A DNA stretch of 32,000 bases from Rikenellaceae bacterium (GTDB lineage Bacteria > Bacteroidota > Bacteroidia > Bacteroidales > Rikenellaceae), in assembly GCA_047172885.1 (NCBI GenBank), contig JBCQVS010000020.1:5849-37848 (forward strand). Reading direction: 5' to 3'. Shown here piece after piece: positions 18,301 to 29,611 of this stretch. Each line of letters starts with the position of its first letter. The first letter of the stretch is position 1. Under the pieces are notes generated by a model that searched no databases, had not been told where the DNA came from, and was given only the letters and a program-made list of their open reading frames with translations. A program made the translations under genes and the position numbers.

Positions 18301-18485
18301 TCAACAGTGTTAGAGTATACCTCTCGGGTGATAATCTGCTTACTTGGACTAAGTATAGCGGAATTGATCCAGAGTTCGGAAACACAAGTAGTGATGCTAC
18401 CTATGGCGTACTTTCGACAGGTGTGGACAACTTGATCTACCCATTCTACAAATCTTATATCGCAGGAATCCAGATAACTTTTTAA
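15387..18485 (+). CDS. susC: SusC/RagA-family TonB-dependent outer-membrane transporter
   Basis: The 1032-aa ORF has a signal peptide and a carboxypeptidase-regulatory-like N-domain (ISGTVSTESGDVIVGATVIVEGT..TDLDGKYTI). Plug motifs are present (VVIGYG, NPLYIIDG-like APLYIIDGF) and the protein ends in a terminal Phe. It is followed 12 bp later by a SusD homolog. There is no N-terminal STN signalling domain. Confidence 0.95.
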   Translation: MRIKIFTKLILFSLLCFTQVAMSQERTISGTVSTESGDVIVGATVIVEGTMNGISTDLDGKYTIGGVTEDSRIVFSYIGFTEQVIAVGSRTVLNVTMYEDAAALDEVVVIGYGQMRRSDVTAAISSVGGEELQTVATSNPMAALSGRVSGISIQKSSGLAGADVAVKIRGVNTFGSNAPLYIIDGFPGDIGTVNPADIANMQVLKDGAASAIYGSQAANGVVIITTKSGTSGATKVEFNAYLSSNVLSNKLDMLDADGYVSVQTQMYENGGVSLPSYLTTSSSVDTDWQDQVFQNGFTQNYSVSITSGSENINFASGYTYSDEQGTTVGNESQRHDAYVKGQVKFKKIFTLDAKIGFNMKQWSEPYVRLKEVYMMSPLVPVYNDVESEDIMEQYGLAGNYGLTGSNPVAEIENKSQTQTQFTVTPQVSLTVDFSDALSFRTGYSISDKNYRYIAHYNPYASSLQAPSYYSFNCDARSETLSQSFTNTLTFDKQFGKHSLNVLVGSQLDLEHYNYSYAAVDGYTFVDGVQVPAGFDDDSFETISAGAGGTYTANGYWTDYNRFGYFTRINYNYDDRYLVQATIRRDGSSYFGADNRWGTFPSLALAWRITQEDFFPTDTFVDDIKLRATYGTLGNEAALSPYSYESLMYSDTDDLSMNYVMGGTGWMGTYAPDLYNTNLQWETTESINVGADYQLFNGRLSGSLNWYQTTTRDLLISQVVPASAGVSDPIVNVGTIRNRGFEFEASWSDNIGELHYNVGVVAFTTSNEVLELASEGQQLTGDGLNYGTSHYPNLTQVGSSIGAFYLYKTDGIFQSDAEAAAYTSSDGSMIQPNAKAGDIKFVDKNGDGTIDDSDRYDMGSGIASLEASFSLGLAWRNFDFNALVGSSWGASIYNGNRYLYEAMASSSNMLSSTLDAWTPTNTDTDVPRAVYGDPNSNAENPSDRFLEDGDFIRLRQIQLGYTLPSSVAKKLSVNSVRVYLSGDNLLTWTKYSGIDPEFGNTSSDATYGVLSTGVDNLIYPFYKSYIAGIQITF

Positions 18486-18497
18486 AACTAAAACAAG

Positions 18498-20024
18498 ATG
18501 AAAAAATTAATATATCCAGCACTCTCTTTGCTTCTTATCTTGCTCAGCAGCAGTTGCGAAGAGCTTCTCGATCTACACTCTCCAGATAGTCTGACCGTGG
18601 ATAAATATTACCGCGATGAGACCGATGCTTTAAAATCGTTGGCAGCAGCTTACGGATCATTGGATTCGGGAATAGATATGTGGTCATATGCCGAGGTTAA
18701 ACTTCCAGTGGAGGAGTATCGCCACGATTTGATCGTTCCTGGTAACGATGCAACCAACTATCTAACATGGATGCAGATCTACTACTTCACCAACACCAGC
18801 GGAAACTCGCAGATCACATCATATTGGGAGAGTAACTACTTGGGAATCTACAAGAGTAACCAAACCATCGAGGGTGTAGAGTCAATCTCGGAGGAGGATA
18901 TCGACGCAGATGTTAAGCAGACAATCCTTGGTGAGGCCTATTTCCTACGTGCTTGGTATCACCTATCGCTTCAAATGCGTTGGCAACAGATCGTAGTTCG
19001 AGATGAGGCTGCTACTTCTGAGACCCTTAACAAGGCGCTATCTCCTCGCTCTGAGTCATGGGACTTTATCATCTCTGACCTCGAGACAGCTGCTTCGATG
19101 ATGCTATCCGAGCAACCATCTACGCAGGTGGGACGTGCAACGAAAAATGCCGCTTACGCCTACCTTGGTTTCGCATGGTTGCAACGCGCTTCGGAGGATA
19201 GCGAGGGAAATATCGTCTCGTCGCCCGATGGTGATATGCTTCAAGAGGCGATCACAGCTTTGGGTAAGGTTAGCGGAATTAACCTAGTGGACGACTTCGC
19301 TTCGATGTTCGACGGCACAAATGAGAATAGCGAGGAGGTGATCCTTGAGCGTCAATTTACTGGCGACACAAGCGTCTATTGGTTGGTTCACAGCCTCAAT
19401 GGCTTTATCCCTTCATCATGTTTCGGAGGTTGGGACGAAATGTACATCACCCAAAAATATTACGATTTCCTTACCGCGGAGTTCGACGATAGCAAGCCAG
19501 TAGGCCAGAAGTACGACAAGCGCACCTACGCAACAATGTTCTTCGATTGCCCTTACTACCAAGATCCTGAGAACCTCCCTTATGGCTACGGAGCAACATT
19601 CTCGGAGGCGACAGCATCGGAGACTCGCACTCCAGTTTCGTCGTTTGCCAAGCTGTTAGACCGTGAGCCAAACAACAACTGGTATGCTTACAACAACGTT
19701 CCACTTATGCGTCTAGCGAATGTGATGCTGATGAAAGCCGAGGCTGAGTATATGTTATCGGGTAGCGAAGATTGGGACACCATCGATGAGATCCGCTCGA
19801 CACACGGTGGAATGGATGCAGCGGATAGAACTCAAGGATTTATGGCCGCTTTGGAGCACGAGCGAGTTATGGAGTTCGGATTGGAGAATTCACGTTTCTT
19901 CGATCTTAGACGTTGGAATCGCCTTAGCGAGACTAGCATTGATGGCGTTAGAACCTACTCAAGCTCAGCTCTTTACTTCCCAACGCCAGAGGTGGAGGTG
20001 AATGCGAATAGCTTGATCGACTAA
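18498..20024 (+). CDS. susD: SusD/RagB-family nutrient-binding outer-membrane lipoprotein
   Basis: It has a lipobox (LLSSSC). Its size, its position after susC, and SusD-like TPR-type helices (EAYFLRAWYHLSL, RVMEFGLENSRFFDLRRW) all fit. Confidence 0.9.
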   Translation: MKKLIYPALSLLLILLSSSCEELLDLHSPDSLTVDKYYRDETDALKSLAAAYGSLDSGIDMWSYAEVKLPVEEYRHDLIVPGNDATNYLTWMQIYYFTNTSGNSQITSYWESNYLGIYKSNQTIEGVESISEEDIDADVKQTILGEAYFLRAWYHLSLQMRWQQIVVRDEAATSETLNKALSPRSESWDFIISDLETAASMMLSEQPSTQVGRATKNAAYAYLGFAWLQRASEDSEGNIVSSPDGDMLQEAITALGKVSGINLVDDFASMFDGTNENSEEVILERQFTGDTSVYWLVHSLNGFIPSSCFGGWDEMYITQKYYDFLTAEFDDSKPVGQKYDKRTYATMFFDCPYYQDPENLPYGYGATFSEATASETRTPVSSFAKLLDREPNNNWYAYNNVPLMRLANVMLMKAEAEYMLSGSEDWDTIDEIRSTHGGMDAADRTQGFMAALEHERVMEFGLENSRFFDLRRWNRLSETSIDGVRTYSSSALYFPTPEVEVNANSLID

Positions 20025-20045
20025 AATTTAAATCTACGGAAGCAA

Positions 20046-20087
20046 GTCAGCGCAGCTGAGTTACATAAGCGTTATAGCTGCGCTGAC
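20046..20087 (+). terminator. 12-bp perfect hairpin after susD (GTCAGCGCAGCT / AGCTGCGCTGAC, 18-nt loop)
   Basis: The stems are exact reverse complements. The downstream sequence CTGTTTC has only a weak T-run, so this may be a partial terminator or a processing site within the PUL transcript. Confidence 0.45.
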
Positions 20088-20111
20088 CTGTTTCAAATAT
20101 ATACACTTTTT

Positions 20112-20381
20112 ATGTTTAAGGTTATAGGAATAATGTTGTGCGGAGTGGTGGTAGGCTATATTTTTAGGCACCGATCACTTACTCTGCTACCTAAAGTTAT
20201 CACCTCGTTGATCCTGGTTCTGCTCTTTATTTTGGGTATCGAGGTTGGCTCTAATGAAGCGATTGTCACCAACTTACACTCTTTGGGGGTGGAGGCTGTG
20301 ATAATCACTCTGCTCTCGGTATTGGGAAGCGTTGTTGGAGCTCTATTTTTGTGGCTTTGGGTTAAAGATAATATGAATTAG
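20112..20381 (+). CDS. LysO/YbjE (DUF340) family transporter, N-terminal part (89 aa)
   Basis: It has three hydrophobic helices. It is collinear with the N-terminal third of E. coli YbjE by eye. It ends at TAG 20379-20381, in the same frame as the next ORF. Confidence 0.65.
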   Translation: MFKVIGIMLCGVVVGYIFRHRSLTLLPKVITSLILVLLFILGIEVGSNEAIVTNLHSLGVEAVIITLLSVLGSVVGALFLWLWVKDNMN

Positions 20382-20384
20382 GCG

Positions 20385-20987
20385 ATGAAAGGAAGTTTAA
20401 TTATTGTAGGATTTTTTATCCTCGGATCGCTCACGGGGCTTTGGGGTGTGGTTCCTCAGAGTATCGATGTTAGCAGCATTAGCTTCATAACCCTCTGTGC
20501 ATTAATGTTTTGCGTGGGAGTAAGCATAGGTAGCGACTCTAACACCTTGAAGAACCTTAAGGGGCTGAGTCCCAAGCTGATGCTCTTGCCACTTGTCACC
20601 ATCCTCGGTACTCTCTTGGGTAGTGCCCTCTCGTCGCTTTTCTTGGATCTGCGCTCTGTGTGGGAGTGCATGGCTGTTGGCTCGGGGTTTGGGTATTACT
20701 CCCTTTCGTCGATCTTTATCACGGAGTATAAGGGGGCTGAGTTGGGTACAATTGCTCTGCTCTCCAATATCATTCGCGAGCTTATCACACTGCTTGCAGC
20801 TCCGCTCTTGGTTATGTGGTTTGGTCGCTTAGCTCCGATTTCGGCAGGTGGCGCAACTACTATGGATACCACTCTACCTATTATCACTCGCTTTTCGGGT
20901 GAGGAGTTTGTGATCCTCTCGATCTTCCACGGAACTCTGGTCGACCTGACAGTCCCGTTCCTTGTCCCTCTTTTCTGTTCACTTTAA
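20385..20987 (+). CDS. LysO/YbjE (DUF340) family transporter, C-terminal part (200 aa)
   Basis: Recalled YbjE C-terminal motifs match: GSGFGYYSLSSIFITE, IIRELITLLAAPLL, GGATTMDTTLPII, SIFHGTLVDLTVPFLVPLF. Confidence 0.8.
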   Translation: MKGSLIIVGFFILGSLTGLWGVVPQSIDVSSISFITLCALMFCVGVSIGSDSNTLKNLKGLSPKLMLLPLVTILGTLLGSALSSLFLDLRSVWECMAVGSGFGYYSLSSIFITEYKGAELGTIALLSNIIRELITLLAAPLLVMWFGRLAPISAGGATTMDTTLPIITRFSGEEFVILSIFHGTLVDLTVPFLVPLFCSL

Positions 20988-20993
20988 ACCTAG

Positions 20994-24164
<3,171 letters not shown>

Positions 24165-24174
24165 TTTTTTTTGC

Positions 24175-24182
24175 TAACTTTG
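24175..24182 (+). promoter_or_regulatory. -7 box TAACTTTG upstream of the GH63-like gene
   Basis: It matches TAnnTTTG and ends 23 nt before ATG 24206. It is the same octamer as the GH43 -7 box. No well-spaced -33 was found. Confidence 0.35.
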
Positions 24183-24187
24183 TTTAA

Positions 24188-26128
<1,941 letters not shown>

Positions 26129-26168
26129 GGGGTTAGGATTTAGGAGTGAACCGCTTTATTTTCCTTGA

Positions 26169-26331
26169 ACCGAACCTTCCTCACGTCATCCCAGACTTGA
26201 TCTGGGATCTACAAAAGCGAGTGGTACAAACGCAACGTATTCCAGCAGAGTATTCCAGCAGAGTATTCCAGCAGAGTAGCAGGGGTTGTAGATCCCAGAT
26301 CAAGTCTGGGATGACGTGAGGAAGGTGCGGT
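26169..26331. repeat. Inverted repeat with a 41-bp perfect core (26174-26214 / 26286-26326), extending to 46 bp with one mismatch. The spacer is 71 bp.
   Basis: I verified the arms base by base. Each arm contains the sub-palindrome ATCCCAGA-cttga-TCTGGGAT (26188-26208 and its mirror 26292-26312). Confidence 0.95.
26238..26276. repeat. Exact 13-bp tandem repeat TATTCCAGCAGAG x3 inside the inverted-repeat spacer
   Basis: The units are 26238-26250, 26251-26263 and 26264-26276. They are followed by a decayed partial copy, TAGCAG. Confidence 0.95.
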
Positions 26332-26404
26332 GTTCGTGAGGAAGTGTCGGTGTTCGTGAGGAAGTGTCGGTGTTCGCGAGGAAGTGTCGGTGTTCGTGAA
26401 GAAG
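26315..26404. repeat. 20-bp tandem repeat (CGTGAGGAAGTGTCGGTGTT) x4.5
   Basis: Units start at 26315 (variant), 26335, 26355 (identical to the previous unit), 26375 (T>C) and 26395 (half unit, G>A). The first unit overlaps the right arm of the inverted repeat. Confidence 0.95.
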
Positions 26405-26430
26405 CATCATTGAGTTCCGCTCGCCTATCG

Positions 26431-26461
26431 TTTGCATTCTCCGAGAAAATTTCTAACTTTG
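26431..26461 (+). promoter_or_regulatory. Bacteroides-type promoter for GH43: -33 TTTG, 19-nt spacer, -7 TAACTTTG
   Basis: TTTG is at 26431-26434 and TAACTTTG at 26454-26461. The -7 box ends 26 nt before ATG 26488. Confidence 0.6.
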
Positions 26462-26487
26462 TGGGAGTCTAACCAAACTACAACCTT

Positions 26488-27432
26488 ATGGAACGAAAAA
26501 ATTTACTTCTTGCTCTCGCGCTCTCCACTGCTCTAGTCTCGATGGCTAGCAACCCGATCCTTAGGAAGGGGGAGGCTGGATTCCTCTACTTGGCCGATCC
26601 TGCGGCTGAGGTTTACGATGGTCGTGTATATCTCTATTGTTCTCATGATCAGGAGTATGCGGTGGATTATAGCCCTATGCAGGACTACGCCATTGTCTCG
26701 AGTGACGATATGGTTACTTGGACAAACCACGGTGTTGTGCTTCGCCCCAGGGAGTACTCGTGGGCTGATGGGCAGATGAATGCTCCCGATGCCGCCTACA
26801 AAGATGGGTGGTACTACTTCTACTTCCCTTACGACAAAACCCACATCGGAGTGGCCAAAAGCCGCACACCTGTTGGCCCTTGGCAGGAGGCTGTGACAGA
26901 CAAGATCACAACGATTTTCGACCCTACGGTCTTTGTTGATGACGATGGCCAGGCATACATCTACGGCAGCGACACCAAGCAGGATATTGGCGACAAGGGG
27001 CGTCATGTGATGGGTGCTAAGCTCAAGGATAATATGATCGAGCTCGACTCAGAGTGGAAGCGCCTTAGCGAAGAGACGGTAGCCGAGGCGGTTCACATCT
27101 TCAAGCGTGAGGGGAAATACCACTTCACAGCTCGCGTGGGTAAGCGCACAGGACATTGGGTATCCGATTCACCTATGCCCGACCAGTATGCCGAGTTCAA
27201 GGGGTATATCACCGACGAGCAGCGAGATGCTCCAGCACACAACTCGTTTATCGAATTCAAGGGCAAGTGGTACATCTTCTACCAACGCGGAGATGTCAAC
27301 GAGGGTTCGTTCCACCGACGTTCGGCCTGTTTCGAGGAGATCGAGTTTAACGACGACCATTCGATTGTCCCAGTAAAATATACCTTAGACAAAGGTGTCA
27401 AGGTGGTTGACCCGCCTGTAACTCCTTGGTAA
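26488..27432 (+). CDS. GH43 family glycoside hydrolase (five-bladed beta-propeller; arabinofuranosidase/xylosidase-like), secreted
   Basis: The 314-aa ORF has a signal peptide. The N-terminal motif LADPAAEVYDGRVYLYCSHD is typical of the GH43 catalytic-Asp region. Repeated W/Y-rich blades are present (DGWYYFYFP, DGQAYIYGS, GKYHFTA, GKWYIFYQ). Confidence 0.8.
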   Translation: MERKNLLLALALSTALVSMASNPILRKGEAGFLYLADPAAEVYDGRVYLYCSHDQEYAVDYSPMQDYAIVSSDDMVTWTNHGVVLRPREYSWADGQMNAPDAAYKDGWYYFYFPYDKTHIGVAKSRTPVGPWQEAVTDKITTIFDPTVFVDDDGQAYIYGSDTKQDIGDKGRHVMGAKLKDNMIELDSEWKRLSEETVAEAVHIFKREGKYHFTARVGKRTGHWVSDSPMPDQYAEFKGYITDEQRDAPAHNSFIEFKGKWYIFYQRGDVNEGSFHRRSACFEEIEFNDDHSIVPVKYTLDKGVKVVDPPVTPW

Positions 27433-27470
27433 AGAGGATTATAACCAATGCGCAGTAGATAAATCCTACC

Positions 27471-27500
27471 AAAAAGAGAGTCCAAAAGACTCTCTTTTTT
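27471..27500. terminator. Bidirectional intrinsic terminator shared by GH43 (+) and lepA (-)
   Basis: AAAAAGAGAGTC (27471-27482) and GACTCTCTTTTT (27488-27499) form a perfect 12-bp stem with a 5-nt loop. An A-run on one side and a T-run on the other serve both strands. Confidence 0.8.
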
Positions 27501-27556
27501 CATTATGTAATCCCCACACCCGAGGAAGTCGCATAGAATGGTCAGTTTTGGGGCTT

Positions 27557-27619
27557 CGCGAGGATTTTTAACCGCAGCGTGCAAGTGCACGTGAGGATTA
27601 AAAACCGCAGGAAAGTGCC
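27557..27619. repeat. Two imperfect direct repeats, CG(C/T)GAGGATT(TTT/AAA)AACCGCAG...AGTGC, with a 33-bp period
   Basis: The copies are at 27557-27588 and 27590-27619. They share the CGYGAGGA head with the 20-bp array at 26315-26404. Confidence 0.7.
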
Positions 27620-27702
27620 AAAAATGGCCGTTGTAGGCGGCTTCCGTCTTAGGAAGCGGAGGTAAGTGCCAGCTTAGCCGTTGTAGGTGGCTTCCGCCTT
27701 AG
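27613..27702. repeat. Two about 40-bp direct repeats (AAGTGCCA..GCCGTTGTAGG(C/T)GGCTTCCG(T/C)CTTAG) with a 50-bp period. The second ends on the lepA stop codon.
   Basis: The 26-nt cores at 27627-27652 and 27677-27702 are identical at 24 of 26 positions. The lepA stop (TTA on the plus strand) is at 27699-27701. Confidence 0.85.
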
Positions 27703-29489
27703 TCCATTTTGAGGACAGCAAGAAAAGCCGATTGGGGAACCTGCACCTGACCCACCTGACGCATACGCTTCTTACCAGCCTTCTGCTTCTCGAGGAGCTT
27801 GCGCTTACGCGAGATATCACCTCCGTAGCACTTCGCCGTAACATCCTTACGCACAGCCTTTACCGTCTCACGAGCGATGATCTTGGCACCAATAGCCGCC
27901 TGGATAGCAATGTCGAACTGTTGGCGTGGGATGAGCTCCTTGAGCTTCTCACACATCTTGCGACCGAAGTCGTAGGAGTTGTCGGCATAGATCAGCGACG
28001 AGAGGGCATCCACTGGCTCACCATTGAGTAGGATATCGAGCTTAGCGAGCTTACTAGCCTGATAACCAGTGCGGTGGTAGTCAAACGAGGCGTAGCCCTT
28101 AGAGACACTCTTAAGCTTGTCGTAGAAGTCGAATACGATCTCCGAGAGTGGCATCTCGAAGTTCACCTCCACACGGTCCTGCGTTATAAACGTCTGATTA
28201 GTAAGCGTTCCGCGCTTGTCGATGCAGAGCTTCATGATGTTGCCCAGGAACTCGGATTTGGTGATCACCTGCGCTTTAATATATGGTTCCTCGATCTTGG
28301 CGATCTTGGTTACCTCGGGAAGTCCCGATGGGTTGTGCACCTCGATTATCTCGCCCGTGGTGGTGGTGATGGTGTAGGAAACGTTTGGTACTGTGGTGAT
28401 TACGTCCATGTCGAACTCACGATATAGGCGCTCCTGGATGATCTCCATATGCAACAATCCGAGGAATCCGCAACGGAAACCGAAGCCGAGGGCAAGTGAG
28501 CTCTCAGGTTCGAACGTGAGCGAAGCATCGTTGAGTTGCAGCTTGTCGAGCGAGGCGCGAAGATCCTCATATTGATCAGCCTCCACTGGGTATACTCCCG
28601 CAAAGACCATCGGTTTGACATCCTCAAAACCTCCGATCGACTCCTTGCAAGAGTTCTCCATCGAGGTGATGGTGTCACCCACCTTGACATCCTTGGAGTT
28701 CTTGATTCCCGAGCAGATGTAACCTACGTCACCCGCGCGAACCTCACCCTTGGGCGACATCTTGAGCTTAAGCACTCCGATCTCGTCAGCATCGTAGTCG
28801 CAACCAGTGTTGAAGAACTTCACGTGGTCACCCTTGCGAAGTACTCCGTTAAATACTCTGTAGTAGGCAATTACGCCACGGAAAGGGTTAAATACTGAGT
28901 CGAAGATAAGGGCTTGCAGAGGAGCATCGTCGTCACCCGCAGGCTCTGGAATACGCTCGATGATAGCCTCCAAGACATCCTCCACACCAAGGCCAGTCTT
29001 GCCCGAAGCCAATAAAATATCCTCATCCTTGCAGCCAATAAGGTCGATGATCTGATCCTTAACCTCGTCGATCATAGCCGACTCCACGTCGATCTTGTTG
29101 AGCACGGGGATAATCTCGAGGTCGTTGCCTACGGCCAAGTAAAGGTTCGAAATGGTCTGAGCCTGAATACCTTGCGTAGCATCCACCACAAGCAAAGCAC
29201 CCTCACACGAGGCGATAGCACGTGACACCTCATACGAGAAATCCACGTGTCCTGGGGTGTCGATCAGATTGAGCGTGTATTGCTCACCCGAGCGAGCCGT
29301 GTACTCCATCTGTATGGCGTGGCTCTTGATGGTGATTCCCTTTTCGCGCTCGAGGTCCATGTCGTCGAGTACCTGAGACTGCATCTCACGTTGGTTCAGT
29401 GTGTTGGTCTTCTCCAACAAGCGATCGGCAAGTGTACTCTTACCGTGGTCTATATGCGCAATAATACAAAAATTACGTATTCTCTTCAT
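27699..29489 (-). CDS. lepA: Translation elongation factor 4 (LepA/EF4)
   Basis: The 596-aa ORF has the GTPase G1 motif [15 protein letters not shown], and DTPGHVDF. The LepA-specific C-terminal domain ends [23 protein letters not shown]. Confidence 0.97.
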   Translation of the reverse strand: MKRIRNFCIIAHIDHGKSTLADRLLEKTNTLNQREMQSQVLDDMDLEREKGITIKSHAIQMEYTARSGEQYTLNLIDTPGHVDFSYEVSRAIASCEGALLVVDATQGIQAQTISNLYLAVGNDLEIIPVLNKIDVESAMIDEVKDQIIDLIGCKDEDILLASGKTGLGVEDVLEAIIERIPEPAGDDDAPLQALIFDSVFNPFRGVIAYYRVFNGVLRKGDHVKFFNTGCDYDADEIGVLKLKMSPKGEVRAGDVGYICSGIKNSKDVKVGDTITSMENSCKESIGGFEDVKPMVFAGVYPVEADQYEDLRASLDKLQLNDASLTFEPESSLALGFGFRCGFLGLLHMEIIQERLYREFDMDVITTVPNVSYTITTTTGEIIEVHNPSGLPEVTKIAKIEEPYIKAQVITKSEFLGNIMKLCIDKRGTLTNQTFITQDRVEVNFEMPLSEIVFDFYDKLKSVSKGYASFDYHRTGYQASKLAKLDILLNGEPVDALSSLIYADNSYDFGRKMCEKLKELIPRQQFDIAIQAAIGAKIIARETVKAVRKDVTAKCYGGDISRKRKLLEKQKAGKKRMRQVGQVQVPQSAFLAVLKMD

Positions 29490-29514
29490 CTTAACAAATT
29501 ATAGTCTTAAAGTG

Positions 29515-29522
29515 CAAAGATA
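29515..29522 (-). promoter_or_regulatory. -7 box TATCTTTG upstream of lepA
   Basis: CAAAGATA on the plus strand at 29515-29522 is separated from the start codon (29489) by 25 nt. No clean -33 was found. Confidence 0.4.
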
Positions 29523-29579
29523 CAATTTTAATTGGGAATTTCTTACAATTGCGGAGGGATAAAATTCAACTTTTTGTAT

Positions 29580-29587
29580 TATCTTTG
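29580..29587 (+). promoter_or_regulatory. -7 box TATCTTTG upstream of the 173-aa ORF/miaA pair
   Basis: It matches TAnnTTTG and ends 24 nt before ATG 29612. It is the same octamer as the divergent lepA box. Confidence 0.4.
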
Positions 29588-29611
29588 CTCGTATAAATAA
29601 AAGCGAAAACG

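Noticed and set aside
20025-20111. A lysine riboswitch (L-box) or other leader upstream of the LysO-family genes
   Set aside because: Only 87 nt are available, and a simple 12-bp hairpin occupies them. An L-box needs roughly twice that length and several conserved helices, which I do not see.
26169-26331. A Bacteroides-style invertible promoter (phase-variation switch)
   Set aside because: I did not promote this to a call. The invertible core would be only 71 bp and contains no -33/-7 promoter in either orientation. The functional GH43 promoter lies outside the inverted repeat, and no serine or tyrosine recombinase gene is nearby. It is kept only as one hypothesis in the finding.
26238-26404. 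Possible CRISPR array, suggested by the short tandem repeats (13-bp x3 and 20-bp x4.5)
   Set aside because: The units are contiguous, with no unique spacers between them. They are far shorter than CRISPR repeats, and no cas genes are in the window.
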